A DNA stretch of 64,000 nucleotides, taken from assembly GCA_034439575.1 (NCBI GenBank), contig JAWXAQ010000027.1, forward strand, positions 293,124 to 357,123, given 5' to 3'. The DNA comes from Leptospira sp. GTDB lineage: Bacteria; Spirochaetota; Leptospiria; Leptospirales; Leptospiraceae. This document shows positions 29,308-39,703 of this stretch, one piece after another. Made by a program: the position numbers and the translations under genes. The notes under the pieces were generated by a model. That model was not told the origin of the DNA and searched no databases. It was given only the letters and a program-made list of their open reading frames with translations. How positions within the stretch are numbered: position 1 is the first letter of the stretch; each line of letters starts with the position of its first letter.

Positions 29308-30972
29308 CTATTTTAATTTGTTCAATTGGAAGGGCAGTAGATAAAGGATTTTATTTAATAAGCCTAGTTCCAGTAGATCCAAAGTATTCTGAATAGGTGA
29401 AAATATTTTTGCCTTAGCGAATCGAGAGAGAATGGGAATTTCGGATCTAAAATTATATTCTGGCAATTCATAACTAAATAAAAATCTACTTTTTGGAAAT
29501 TGTTGGTAAAGGATATCAATGGTATCAAGTAATCCGCCTATTTTATCTACTACCTTTGATTCTACTTTTGGCAAATAGACTCTTCCTCCGCCTAATGTTT
29601 TTAAGTCGGAGTCTGTCATATTTCTACCTTTTTTTACGCGATCATAAAATTGAGATTCAACTCTTCTGATTTCTTGGTTTAAATATAAAATTGAGTCTTT
29701 TTTTAAGGGGCTGTATTCGGATAAAATATCTCGAAATGGATAAAATCCTATATTTTCTTTTTGTATTTTTGCTTTGTTGTATAATTTTTTCAAATTGGCT
29801 CGTACCATAACCGCACCAATGGAACCAGTGATACATATTGGCAGAGCTGTAATCGATTCTGCCGCAGAACCTATGTAATACCCTCCACTTGCCGCCGTAT
29901 CTTTAAAGAAAGCAATGACTGGCTTTTTTTCTCGAAGCTTTACTATTTCTTGGTATAAGAGTTCGGAATGAAAGGCAGAGCCACCGGGACTATCTATTTC
30001 GAGTATGACTGCCTTTATGGAATTTTCTTCTCCTATTTCTTTTAACAAGGATATGGTGGCATAAGCTTCAATTTTACCAGAATCCCTTTCTTTGTGTGCA
30101 TAATCTCCAGCACTGATTCCACCTGACAGAGGAACTATGCTGATAATTGGCCGTTTTCTGGAAAATACTCGAAACTCTTTTATTTTTTCATGGAGGGCAC
30201 AGTCCTCAACTAAAAGCGCCTTCTCATCCTTAGAAAAGAAAGTTTCTTCTATCATCACATCGTTTCCAAAACCCATTTCAATGAGTGACTTACTTGTCTG
30301 AATCGGTAGATAGAATTTTTCTTTTTTTATGTTTCTTTTTTCTGTTAGGGCATCTAATATTTTATTTTGCAAATCCAAAATTAGAGATTCGATATTTGTC
30401 CGAGCTTCCTTTGAAAAATTGGTTCTAGTAAAACTTTCGGCAAAGGATTTAAATGGTCCACTGGCATAAGCTTCCACCTCGACTCCCCATAGTTTCAAAA
30501 AAGCACCATAAAACGCAGGTTCAGCGGAAGGGAGTTGGATTTGAAATTCTGCTTCTGGATTGAAATAAATCTCATCACAGACAGACAAAAGTAACAAAGT
30601 TCCAAGGCCACCTTCTTTGGCAAAACCGGAAATATGAATTCCGTTTTGTTCTCTTAATATTTTTAGCTCTTCTTTGACTTCCCAGATGTCACCGAGAGAC
30701 CAGCTGAGAGGAGGAATTACAAATTTGATTTTTTTGATGCGGGGATTGTTTCGTAAAGATCGTAAACTTAATAAAAATTCCAGTCGGTTGACCGAACTAA
30801 CCTTGCCTTGGATTTTTCGCACTATATATGATTTGTTGGCACTTTCAAAGTACGATGGAAATTCCCAGTGTAGTGTTGACCTGGATTTTTGGAAAGTCTG
30901 CCTTAGACGTAGGTAAAAATAGTATAGGAGACGAAGCGGTAAAAAAAGTAACTGAAAAATAAAACGTAACAA
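29308..30972 (-). CDS. sppA: Signal peptide peptidase SppA, 67K (two-domain S49) type
   Basis: 554 aa with a TTG start. S49 motifs are DSPGGSAFHSE and AASGGYYIGSAAE...TGSIGAV. Confidence 0.8.
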   Translation of the reverse strand: MLRFIFQLLFLPLRLLYYFYLRLRQTFQKSRSTLHWEFPSYFESANKSYIVRKIQGKVSSVNRLEFLLSLRSLRNNPRIKKIKFVIPPLSWSLGDIWEVKEELKILREQNGIHISGFAKEGGLGTLLLLSVCDEIYFNPEAEFQIQLPSAEPAFYGAFLKLWGVEVEAYASGPFKSFAESFTRTNFSKEARTNIESLILDLQNKILDALTEKRNIKKEKFYLPIQTSKSLIEMGFGNDVMIEETFFSKDEKALLVEDCALHEKIKEFRVFSRKRPIISIVPLSGGISAGDYAHKERDSGKIEAYATISLLKEIGEENSIKAVILEIDSPGGSAFHSELLYQEIVKLREKKPVIAFFKDTAASGGYYIGSAAESITALPICITGSIGAVMVRANLKKLYNKAKIQKENIGFYPFRDILSEYSPLKKDSILYLNQEIRRVESQFYDRVKKGRNMTDSDLKTLGGGRVYLPKVESKVVDKIGGLLDTIDILYQQFPKSRFLFSYELPEYNFRSEIPILSRFAKAKIFSPIQNTLDLLELGLLNKILYLLPFQLNKLK

Positions 30973-31042
30973 TCTTTGATTCCTCTAAAGAACATCTCTT
31001 AAAATTCTTTTCAGAAAGAAAGAGGAAAACATTCTGTGAGAA

Positions 31043-33904
31043 GTGGAATCTTTCATACGCATCCGTGGCGCTCGCGAACATAATCTTAAAAACATCAATT
31101 TAGACATCCCTAGAGACAAACTAGTGGTAATTACTGGGCTCTCTGGCTCTGGAAAATCAAGTTTGGCTTTCGATACAATTTACGCGGAAGGACAAAGGCG
31201 TTATGTGGAGTCTTTGTCTAGTTATGCGAGGCAATTCCTTGGACAAATGGAAAAACCAGAAGTTGATTTGATCGAAGGACTTTCTCCTGCCATATCCATT
31301 GAACAAAAAACGACACATAGAAATCCTAGGTCTACTGTCGGAACCGTCACAGAAATCTATGATTACCTGCGCTTATTGTATGCCCGAGTAGGGAAGCCGC
31401 ATTGTCCAAAATGTGGAACTGCGATTACATCGCTCTCTGTAGATCAAATTACAGATCGTATCAATTTATTTCCAGAAGGAACCAAATTACAACTTCTATC
31501 TCCCATCATCCAAGGCAAAAAAGGAGAACATAAAGATGTTCTCGAAAGATACAAAAAAGAAGGTTTCAATCGAGTACGAGTCAATGGGGAAATTATCTCT
31601 TTAGAAGAAGAGATTACTTTAAAGAAAAATAATAAAACGAATATTGAAGTCGTTGTCGATCGTTTGGTGATGAAACCAGGCATACAATCAAGGCTAGCTG
31701 ATTCAGTCGAGACAGCACTCAAAGTCGGTGAAGGCATTTTAATTGTGGAAGATGGGGAAAAAGACCATCTCTATTCGCAGAAATTGTCTTGTCCAAAGTG
31801 TGATAATGTCTCGATCCCAGAACTAACGCCGAGATTATTTTCTTTTAATTCACCGTTTGGTGCCTGTTCTCATTGTGATGGCCTTGGCGCCTTACTTGAA
31901 TTTGATGAAGCACTTTTGATTTCCGATGAAGAGGCAAGTCTTGCTGATGGTTGTATCGAAGCATGGGGCGGGGCAAAATCAAATAGTTATTGGTATATGG
32001 CTACTGTGACTGCGATATCCAAAAAACTGAAATTTAATTTAAACACCAAGTGGAAAGATCTTTCTGACAAAGTAAAAAACGTGATATTGTTTGGTGATGA
32101 ATCCATTCAGATTGATTACGATTTTCGGGGTACAAATTCTCACTATGAATTTTCAAAAAATTTTGAAGGAGTCATTCCCAACTTAAAGCGCAGATTCAAA
32201 GAAACGAAATCCGATTCCATGCGTCAATGGTATGAGACGTTTATGACGAATCATGATTGTGATGTATGTCATGGAAAAAGGCTTAGACCTGAGGCACTTG
32301 CCGTTAAGGTCAACGGAATCAGCATTGATGTTTTTACAGGATATAGCATTTCCAAGGCATTGGAGTTTACTAAAGAAACAAAATGGGTAGGGGCTGAGGA
32401 GATCATCAGTAAACCCATACTTAAAGAGATTTTGCAAAGACTGAATTTTTTAAACGATGTGGGTGTGGGTTACCTAAATTTGAGCAGGTCCGCAGGTACT
32501 CTGTCAGGTGGTGAGATGCAAAGAATCCGTTTGGCGACTCAAATTGGTTCCAGACTTATGGGTGTTTTGTATATATTGGATGAGCCTTCCATAGGCCTGC
32601 ACCAAAGGGACAATTCCAAACTTGTCACGACACTCAAAGGTCTACGAAATTTAGGAAATACCGTTCTTGTTGTGGAACATGACAAAGAAACTATGGAAGA
32701 GGCGGATTTTATTATCGATATGGGGCCTGGGGCTGGTGTTCATGGTGGCGAAATCGTGGCCTTTGGCACACCGGAACAAATCAAAAAAAATCCCAAGTCG
32801 GTAACAGGGAAATATTTATCCGGTGTGAGTCGTATTTCCATGCCACTTGAGCGTCGCATAGGCAATGGGAAAAAGTTACAAATATTAGGTGCAAGTCACA
32901 ATAATTTAAAAAACTTAAATGTAAACATTCCACTCGGAACTATGACAGTAGTAACAGGTGTTTCTGGCTCAGGCAAATCAACACTCATTAACGAAATATT
33001 GTATAAGGAACTCGCTAACTCCATCCAGGGATCAAAACTAGTTCCCGGAAAACACAAAAAAATTACTGGTAAAGAACACTTAGATAAAGTAATCAATATT
33101 GACCAATCCCCCATTGGTAGAACCCCTCGGTCGAATCCAGCAACTTACACTGGTTTGTTCACCTTTGTGCGTGAACTTTTTAGTGGACTAGAAGATGCCA
33201 AAGTTAGGGGCTATGGACCTGGACGATTTAGTTTTAATGTGTCTGGTGGAAGGTGTGAAAAATGTGAGGGTGATGGTATTCTAAAAATTGAAATGCATTT
33301 TTTGCCAGATATCTATGTAGAATGCGAAGTTTGTAAAGGCAAAAGATACAATAGAGAAACTCTAGAAGTTAAATACAAAGGAAAAAATATTTCTGATGTC
33401 CTTGGTATGACAGTAGAAGAAGCCGTTGTGTTTTTTGAAATGATACCTTCCTTAAAACGAAAATTAGAAACACTCATGGATGTGGGTTTAGGTTATATCA
33501 AACTGGGACAAGCAGCCACAACTTTTTCTGGTGGTGAAGCACAAAGAATCAAACTCTCCACAGAACTTTCAAAACGTCCTACAGGAAAAACTCTTTATAT
33601 TCTAGATGAGCCTACGACTGGATTACATTTTGATGATATCCAGAAACTATTACAAGTATTACAAACCTTAGTCGAGAAAGGAAACTCTATGGTGATCATT
33701 GAACACAACTTAGATGTGATTAAAGCTTGTGATCATATCATCGACATTGGCCCTGAAGGGGGAGAAGGCGGGGGTGAGGTCATTGCACTTGGAACTCCAG
33801 AAGAAGTCGCATTAATTAAAGATTCCTTTACAGGACAGTACTTGAAGAAAGTTCTTGCTGAGGAAAAGGCATTGGATGCAAAGGTGAAAAAGAAAAAAGT
33901 GTGA
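31043..33904 (+). CDS. uvrA: Excinuclease ABC subunit A
   Basis: 953 aa with a GTG start, [19 protein letters not shown], two ABC modules ([18 protein letters not shown]) and zinc-finger Cys clusters. Confidence 0.95.
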   Translation: MESFIRIRGAREHNLKNINLDIPRDKLVVITGLSGSGKSSLAFDTIYAEGQRRYVESLSSYARQFLGQMEKPEVDLIEGLSPAISIEQKTTHRNPRSTVGTVTEIYDYLRLLYARVGKPHCPKCGTAITSLSVDQITDRINLFPEGTKLQLLSPIIQGKKGEHKDVLERYKKEGFNRVRVNGEIISLEEEITLKKNNKTNIEVVVDRLVMKPGIQSRLADSVETALKVGEGILIVEDGEKDHLYSQKLSCPKCDNVSIPELTPRLFSFNSPFGACSHCDGLGALLEFDEALLISDEEASLADGCIEAWGGAKSNSYWYMATVTAISKKLKFNLNTKWKDLSDKVKNVILFGDESIQIDYDFRGTNSHYEFSKNFEGVIPNLKRRFKETKSDSMRQWYETFMTNHDCDVCHGKRLRPEALAVKVNGISIDVFTGYSISKALEFTKETKWVGAEEIISKPILKEILQRLNFLNDVGVGYLNLSRSAGTLSGGEMQRIRLATQIGSRLMGVLYILDEPSIGLHQRDNSKLVTTLKGLRNLGNTVLVVEHDKETMEEADFIIDMGPGAGVHGGEIVAFGTPEQIKKNPKSVTGKYLSGVSRISMPLERRIGNGKKLQILGASHNNLKNLNVNIPLGTMTVVTGVSGSGKSTLINEILYKELANSIQGSKLVPGKHKKITGKEHLDKVINIDQSPIGRTPRSNPATYTGLFTFVRELFSGLEDAKVRGYGPGRFSFNVSGGRCEKCEGDGILKIEMHFLPDIYVECEVCKGKRYNRETLEVKYKGKNISDVLGMTVEEAVVFFEMIPSLKRKLETLMDVGLGYIKLGQAATTFSGGEAQRIKLSTELSKRPTGKTLYILDEPTTGLHFDDIQKLLQVLQTLVEKGNSMVIIEHNLDVIKACDHIIDIGPEGGEGGGEVIALGTPEEVALIKDSFTGQYLKKVLAEEKALDAKVKKKKV

Positions 33905-34872
33905 AGGAATTAGAAAGTCTATTAACATCAAAAGTTTTTTCGAAAGTAGAAACTTTAAATCAAAAAGATTTCTACAGATTTTTTAAACCCATCCTTATCT
34001 CATCAGGTATCTTTCCCAAAGGACTGGAAGATTTTGCTATTAATGGTGGATATCTGAGGTTTGTTAAAAACTTACAGAGCATAGCTACACTCCCGCATGG
34101 TTTAGATCTCGCATTGGCTATGATGGTGGAAGTCAATGTAGCTTCTGGCATTTTGCAATATGGAACCACAAAACTTGCGGCCGAATTGCAAAAATCAATG
34201 TTTGGCGGTCAAATGATTCTTGCGACCGGAGTGTCGGAACCGGAATGGGAAGGTCGCCTTGCTAAACTAAAATCCTCTCTTACTCTTGGAAAATTAAGTG
34301 GTACCAAATCTTTCATCACAAATGGACAGTGTGCTGACGGAATCCTTTGGGTGCTTCCAGAAAAGGAAAGCTTCTCTGTCTATTTAGTCAGAAGAGACAA
34401 ATACCGAGATTTACTAATAGATGAGCCAATCTCAACAGATTATTTAAAATTAGTATCACATTTAAAATTAACAGCTAATGAATATCCATTAGAAAAAGAA
34501 GATTTAGTATTAGAAGATTATAAAACCTTAGGCATTGAACTTAGGCTTAAAGAATTATTTGGACTCACATCTCTATTGTTAGGTTTTGTAAATGGGCTTG
34601 GGCTAATAAATAAGGATGAAAGTATAAAAATTGAATTTGAAAAACTTGTTTTATGGCGAGATAAAATCGGAGAACAAATCCATTTAAATAATTTCCAAGA
34701 AATGTTATCTGAAAATTTTCCCTTTCCAAATGATAAACTCCTGCAAAGTGTAAGTCAATTTTATCATTGTGATTCGCCAAAAGAATTAATAAACATCAAT
34801 CCTGACTTCACAATATTTATATGGGAAGATAAATTAACTAAGTATCTTAAAAAAACTATTCAGAAAAACTAA
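33901..34872 (+). CDS. Divergent acyl-CoA dehydrogenase-fold protein
   Basis: 323 aa. The segment ATGVSEPEWEGRLAKLKSSL..GKLSGTKSFITNGQCADGILWVL matches the ACAD middle-domain pattern (TEPxAGSD ... G.K.FITNG..AD). The C-terminal region is short, and I see no YEG-type catalytic-Glu context. Its GTG overlaps the uvrA TGA. Confidence 0.55.
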   Translation: MKELESLLTSKVFSKVETLNQKDFYRFFKPILISSGIFPKGLEDFAINGGYLRFVKNLQSIATLPHGLDLALAMMVEVNVASGILQYGTTKLAAELQKSMFGGQMILATGVSEPEWEGRLAKLKSSLTLGKLSGTKSFITNGQCADGILWVLPEKESFSVYLVRRDKYRDLLIDEPISTDYLKLVSHLKLTANEYPLEKEDLVLEDYKTLGIELRLKELFGLTSLLLGFVNGLGLINKDESIKIEFEKLVLWRDKIGEQIHLNNFQEMLSENFPFPNDKLLQSVSQFYHCDSPKELININPDFTIFIWEDKLTKYLKKTIQKN

Positions 34873-34883
34873 AGATTAAGAAT

Positions 34884-35840
34884 CTAATGATGATGATGTC
34901 CGTGATGGTGGTGCGGATCTTCTTTTTCTAAGATAGGTAGAACTGATAGTTTTTCCGCATATCCTTCCGATATAGTTTCAACAAATACATAGGGAATTCC
35001 AAAATGCGATTTAGCTATTTTATGAATATCTAATGTGATTTCATCTCTGTTGGCATCAGTTTTTACGATCAATTGAATCTCAAGGGTGAAGACTCCAGAC
35101 GTAAGTTTTCTTACTTTGAAAAGTTTAACAGAAGAGATTCCCTTAATGGACGTTATATGGTTTAAAAAGTGTTCCTTATCAAATTCGGAAGGGTAGGCTT
35201 CGAGTAAGATTTGAATACTTTCCTTTAATATGGAATAGGATGTTTTTAAAATAAAAATTCCTATGAAGATACTGAGAATGCTATCGATAAATAAGAAACC
35301 AGTATATTGAATGATTATGGCACCAATAACAACTGCTACTGTACCTAAGAGATCACTGAGTACATGAAGGTAGGCTGATTTTAAATTTAAACTTTCTTTA
35401 CTGACTTTAAATAGTAAACCAGCAGACATAAAATTGATAATCAATCCGATAATTGAATAAAATAACATGGAATGAACATGGATTTCAGTTGTTGAAGTCA
35501 TACGTTCATAACTTTCAAATAGTATGAAAATACTGATTCCAACTAACAAGATACTATTGGCAAGTGCTGCCAATACTTCAATGCGATGGTAGCCGAAGGG
35601 GTATCTATCATTGGCTTTTTTTGCGGAAAATATAATGGCTAAAAATGAAATGAGATGTGCAAAGATATCTGTAGCGATATGACCTGCGTCTGCGAAGAGT
35701 GCGAGGCTACCTGATTCTTTTGATCCAATCGCTTCGATGAAAAAAATCAAGATCGATAAAAATCCTGAAACTCCAAGATAAGTTAAAAGTTTTTTTCTTT
35801 TTCTTTTCTTTGAATTGTGTAGTTCGAATCCCTCTGTCAT
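34884..35840 (-). CDS. Cation diffusion facilitator (CzcD/ZitB-like) metal efflux transporter with His-rich tail
   Basis: 318 aa with CDF motifs (SLALFADAGHIATD, HVLSDLLGTV) and the C-terminal sequence PHHHHGHHHH. Confidence 0.85.
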   Translation of the reverse strand: MTEGFELHNSKKRKRKKLLTYLGVSGFLSILIFFIEAIGSKESGSLALFADAGHIATDIFAHLISFLAIIFSAKKANDRYPFGYHRIEVLAALANSILLVGISIFILFESYERMTSTTEIHVHSMLFYSIIGLIINFMSAGLLFKVSKESLNLKSAYLHVLSDLLGTVAVVIGAIIIQYTGFLFIDSILSIFIGIFILKTSYSILKESIQILLEAYPSEFDKEHFLNHITSIKGISSVKLFKVRKLTSGVFTLEIQLIVKTDANRDEITLDIHKIAKSHFGIPYVFVETISEGYAEKLSVLPILEKEDPHHHHGHHHH

Positions 35841-36880
35841 TCGCCGTTTCCATTTGCGCTCACTGCTCTTGGAATGACGACTATATCCACTCTACGATTT
35901 AAACTTTTGTTTTCTTTGGTTGAATTAGGTACGATGGGCTGGTATTCGCTATATCCTGCGGCAGAAAAATTTTTGGGATTTAAGTTTTTGTTAGATAACA
36001 AATGTTCGAGTACGGCAAGAGCTCTTTCCGTTGATAAATGCCAGTTGTTTCTATATTTAGTTTTGATTGGGACATTGTCAGTGTGGCCTTCAACTGAAAT
36101 ATAATTTTCCGGATAAGATGCTAATATCTCTTTGATTTTATCAATGGCGGGTAATATTGCAGGTTTTAATTCTGCGGATCCACTATCAAAAGATAGGCGG
36201 TCATCAATGTTGATAATTAATTTGTTGTGAAATCTTTTGACTCTGATTTCGCCATTTGTAATCTCTTTAGAAAGCTTTTCCTCTAATTCTTTGGCCTGAT
36301 CAGATAATCTTTCTAATTCTCTTTTTTGATTTTTGTTCAGTTGTTTTAGAGATGATATTTCATTTTCTAAGTTCCGAATGCGATCTGATAAATCGCGCAT
36401 TTTTCCCTCATACTGTTCTCTGAGGTCTTGTTCTTTTTGAAGGCAGGCTTTTTCTTGTTCTTCTAATTTTTTTCTTAACGCAGATATCTCTTTTTGATCC
36501 TTTTCTTCTCTACGTTTGGCATCGTCTAAAATGTTTTTTTCTTTATCAGAACCTTTTTTTTCTAATCCGCGAAGTCGGATTTCATAGTCTCTAATTTTAT
36601 CTGCATAATTTTCTTTATCATCATTTCTATTTCTTTTTTCTAATTCAAGGTCTTCGTTTAAGTTTTGATTTTTTGAAGCGAGAGTTTTGTTTTCATCTTC
36701 TAACTTTTTTAAATCATTTTGGTATTGGCGTTTCAGATCTTCTAATTGCAATTCAAGGGCATATTTTTCTTTGTAGAGTTGGTTGTATTCGATTGGGAAA
36801 TAAATCCAATCCGCAAAAAGAGAGAGTGGTATAAAAAAGAAAAATATAAAGAATTTTAAAATATTATTTGAGTTCATCAA
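35837..36880 (-). CDS. OmpA/MotB-domain peptidoglycan-binding protein with long coiled coil
   Basis: 347 aa with an N-terminal anchor, about 170 aa of heptad-like charged sequence and a C-terminal OmpA-like domain (FDSGSAEL...SVEGHTDNVPI...LSTERALAV...NRRVDIVVIP). Confidence 0.8.
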   Translation of the reverse strand: MMNSNNILKFFIFFFFIPLSLFADWIYFPIEYNQLYKEKYALELQLEDLKRQYQNDLKKLEDENKTLASKNQNLNEDLELEKRNRNDDKENYADKIRDYEIRLRGLEKKGSDKEKNILDDAKRREEKDQKEISALRKKLEEQEKACLQKEQDLREQYEGKMRDLSDRIRNLENEISSLKQLNKNQKRELERLSDQAKELEEKLSKEITNGEIRVKRFHNKLIINIDDRLSFDSGSAELKPAILPAIDKIKEILASYPENYISVEGHTDNVPIKTKYRNNWHLSTERALAVLEHLLSNKNLNPKNFSAAGYSEYQPIVPNSTKENKSLNRRVDIVVIPRAVSANGNGE

Positions 36881-37571
36881 GGTAGGTATCCTCTAAGTTA
36901 ACTTTTGGTAACTTTGTAGTGGCATTTTTTACTTTTTCCCACTCTGTTGTTTTTTTACGAGTATCTGCTTTTCTATCATTGTATTGTTTATCATAATTTG
37001 TTTTTTCAATATATTCAGGATCTTTATTGTTTTTGCCTTGAAATTCCTGGTATTTGATCGCGATTTCGGCTCGGACAAGTTCTAGTTCAGCTATAGCTTC
37101 TGACAACATGGCTTCTTTCATATTAAAGAATGCCATATCCTCTGATTGTTTTTGTAACCAACCTTGAGTTCTCGTTTCTTCTTTTGATCTTTCTAATTCC
37201 GAAGTTTGCGATTCGTCTAAGTAACGTTTTGCGTTCACACTATCATCTTTAACGAGTGCTAATTTTTCTTTCTCATTCAATAGATCTCTTTGCGCGGCAT
37301 GGCGATGAATTTTTGCCCGGGAGATTTTTAAAGTTTGAGCATTGATTTCATTATTTTTTTTAAGTAAACTGATCTCAGCATTTAAAGTGATTATTTTCTG
37401 CTTTATGACTTTGACAGCCGTTTTTTGTTCTTCATTCATTACTTCTTCACGAACATACGCATCCGGTACTGTCTTTAGTTTTGGCTCGAACAAGACGCAT
37501 TGAAAAAAAAGGGGGATGAGAAAAAAACTAGTTCGAGAAAATGTAGTATATTGGGACATATACATAGACAT
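36864..37571 (-). CDS. Coiled-coil putative lipoprotein, unknown function
   Basis: The track ORF runs to 37622. Internal ATGs at 37571, 37565 and 37559 give MSQYTTFSRTSFFLIPLFFQC, which is lipobox-like. The rest is charged coiled-coil sequence. It overlaps the next gene by 17 nt. Confidence 0.5.
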   Translation of the reverse strand: MSMYMSQYTTFSRTSFFLIPLFFQCVLFEPKLKTVPDAYVREEVMNEEQKTAVKVIKQKIITLNAEISLLKKNNEINAQTLKISRAKIHRHAAQRDLLNEKEKLALVKDDSVNAKRYLDESQTSELERSKEETRTQGWLQKQSEDMAFFNMKEAMLSEAIAELELVRAEIAIKYQEFQGKNNKDPEYIEKTNYDKQYNDRKADTRKKTTEWEKVKNATTKLPKVNLEDTYLDELK

Positions 37572-37620
37572 GTAGTTTGTGACATAATCGTCAATAGTTA
37601 ATTTTTCAAGCAGGCGATCC

Positions 37621-39030
37621 ATGGAAGAAGACGTAAGTAAAGAGACCCTCTTTCGAACCAGAATTGATAAGGAAAATGAATCGTTTGAAAGTTTTTTAGA
37701 CGAGTTACGCGGTGCTATAAAAAACGATCATGAAACCTTTTTAAAAGGCCTTCTTGATGGCGCCCACCCAGCCGACATTGCCACTATTTTTAAAGCCTTA
37801 GAAACGGAAGAATCACTATATCTTTTCCGTATTTTATCTAACGAAGACCAAGCATACACACTGATAAAAATTGACGATGAAATGTTGTCTCTTTTTTTGG
37901 AGGAGTTGTCCATTGAGGAAATTTCCAAAACTTTAGATTATATTGAAACAGATGAAACAACTTATTTACTTTCTTATCTAACACCAAGTAAACGAGACCA
38001 AGTACTATCAAAACTAAGTAAACGTGATTCCTTTGAGATCCGATCCCAACTCGGTTTTCGTGAATCCAGTGCTGGTCGACTCATGTCAAAAGATTTTGCC
38101 ACAGCAATGCTCGGTGATAATGTGCGCAAAGGGATTATCAATGTCAGAAAAAAAGCTAAGGAAATTGAAGATATTTACCAAGTTTATGTGACAGATGAGG
38201 ATGGCATCCTTAAAGGATTTATTCCTCTTAAAGATTTATTCCTAACACCGATTAATACAAAGATCGATAAAATCACAAATTTTTCTATCTATTCTTTTCA
38301 TTATGATACTGACCAAGAAGAAGTAGCCTTAACTTTTAAAAAATATGACCTTGTCAGTGCTGCTGTCGTTGATGATTTAGGGCGGATCATTGGTCGCATA
38401 ACATTAGATGATGTTTTAGAAATTGTTGAAGAAGAAGCATCCGAAGATATTTTGAGAATGGCCGGGGTCTCTGAAGATGAGAGGCTTGCGACACCTATTA
38501 TTCAATCAGTGAAAAGACGAATCATTTGGCTAAACGTAAATTTATTAACAGCCTTTTTATCATCCACGGTTGTGGCTTTTTTTGAAGAGACGATTGCAAA
38601 AATTGTAGTACTTGCGACTCTTATGCCAATTGTTGCTGGTCTCGGAGGTAATGCTGGAACTCAATCGGTAACAGTAGTTATCCGAAATATTGCCACAGGG
38701 GATTTGACTTTTTCTAATTGGTGGGAGGCGGTTCGTAAAGAATTTATCATTGGTTGTATCAATGGTTTGGTACTTGGATTCATTACAGGGCTTATGATAT
38801 TTTTAGTAAAAGGAAATTTAGTTCTCGGTTTGGTTGTGGGAAGTGCCATGCTCGTTAATATGTTAGTTGCATCACTTTCTGGTTCACTAGTTCCTATTTT
38901 ACTAAAGCTTATCAAAATAGACCCAGCCATTGCTTCATCGATTTTTGTAACGGCTATGACAGATGTCTGTGGATTTTTCTTTTTCTTAGGACTTGCCACA
39001 TTACTTTCAAATTACCTGATTCCTTCTTAG
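37621..39030 (+). CDS. mgtE: Magnesium transporter MgtE
   Basis: 469 aa with an MgtE N-domain, a CBS pair and a TM domain with PIVAGLGGNAGTQS and FVTAMTDVCGFFFFLGLA. Confidence 0.9.
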   Translation: MEEDVSKETLFRTRIDKENESFESFLDELRGAIKNDHETFLKGLLDGAHPADIATIFKALETEESLYLFRILSNEDQAYTLIKIDDEMLSLFLEELSIEEISKTLDYIETDETTYLLSYLTPSKRDQVLSKLSKRDSFEIRSQLGFRESSAGRLMSKDFATAMLGDNVRKGIINVRKKAKEIEDIYQVYVTDEDGILKGFIPLKDLFLTPINTKIDKITNFSIYSFHYDTDQEEVALTFKKYDLVSAAVVDDLGRIIGRITLDDVLEIVEEEASEDILRMAGVSEDERLATPIIQSVKRRIIWLNVNLLTAFLSSTVVAFFEETIAKIVVLATLMPIVAGLGGNAGTQSVTVVIRNIATGDLTFSNWWEAVRKEFIIGCINGLVLGFITGLMIFLVKGNLVLGLVVGSAMLVNMLVASLSGSLVPILLKLIKIDPAIASSIFVTAMTDVCGFFFFLGLATLLSNYLIPS

Positions 39031-39076
39031 GTAAATATTCTTGCGTTTCAGGTCTACATTCCTAGGATCATGTTTA

Positions 39077-39700
39077 ATGATGTTTCGAACGTTTCTCTAT
39101 ATTCTTATTTTTTTCACTTTTTTATTTGGCTGTCGCACTTCACAAGGAACGACTTCAAACACTGATACAAAGGCGATTGCCATTGGTGAATTGCTCCCGC
39201 CCCCAGGTGGTGAGGGCGAAGTGATCTTAAATGAAAATGGAAATATCGTAGAAAACCATTCGAATGAACTTCCATTTTTTCAAAAAAAATCGGAAATTCC
39301 AAACGAATTTTTTCGAGTCTATATGTCGTCTGACAGCTATTTTGTGAGACAAATCAGAGGCACAGATAAAATCAAACGTAAACCAGACGCCGGCGGAGAT
39401 GACCTGGCTAAGGAAGAAATCAAACGGTTTGATTTACTTAATTTTATAGACGATGGTTATGTGATGGTTGGCTTAAATTCTACGACAGGAAAATTAGAAA
39501 CCATAGCCTTTGACAGAAGAGTGCCAAGGCTCAATGATATTGCCAAGGTGATTCAAAATGACGCCTCGCGTTGGAACTATGAACATCCGACGAAAGACGG
39601 TTTACCAGTAGTAACAAGATTTATAGTCAATTATCAAATACGTCTTTATCCAAACAAATCTAGAGATGAAGTTAAACAGATGTTACAGAAGAAAAAATAA
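39077..39700 (+). CDS. Putative lipoprotein, unknown function
   Basis: The track ORF starts at TTG 39041. The ATG at 39077 gives MMFRTFLYILIFFTFLFGC, a lipobox. I recognise no family. Confidence 0.5.
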   Translation: MMFRTFLYILIFFTFLFGCRTSQGTTSNTDTKAIAIGELLPPPGGEGEVILNENGNIVENHSNELPFFQKKSEIPNEFFRVYMSSDSYFVRQIRGTDKIKRKPDAGGDDLAKEEIKRFDLLNFIDDGYVMVGLNSTTGKLETIAFDRRVPRLNDIAKVIQNDASRWNYEHPTKDGLPVVTRFIVNYQIRLYPNKSRDEVKQMLQKKK

Positions 39701-39703
39701 AAT

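Noticed and set aside
30973-31042. Looked for a LexA/SOS box (TTTG-N5-CAAA type reported for Leptospira) upstream of uvrA.
   Set aside because: Only CTTTGATTCCTCTAAAG is present. It lacks the CAAA arm and the correct spacing.
34887-34913. A run of eight His codons interrupted by one Gly codon (HHHHGHHHH), resembling an engineered affinity tag.
   Set aside because: It is the natural C-terminus of a CDF metal exporter, and His-rich tails are common in that family. There is no vector-like sequence around it.
37620-37623. Head-to-head overlapping start codons (CATG) of the coiled-coil gene and mgtE, as given by the ORF track.
   Set aside because: This is most likely an artefact of taking the longest ORF. 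Internal ATGs at 37571, 37565 and 37559 give a lipoprotein-type signal and restore a ~50-nt divergent spacer.
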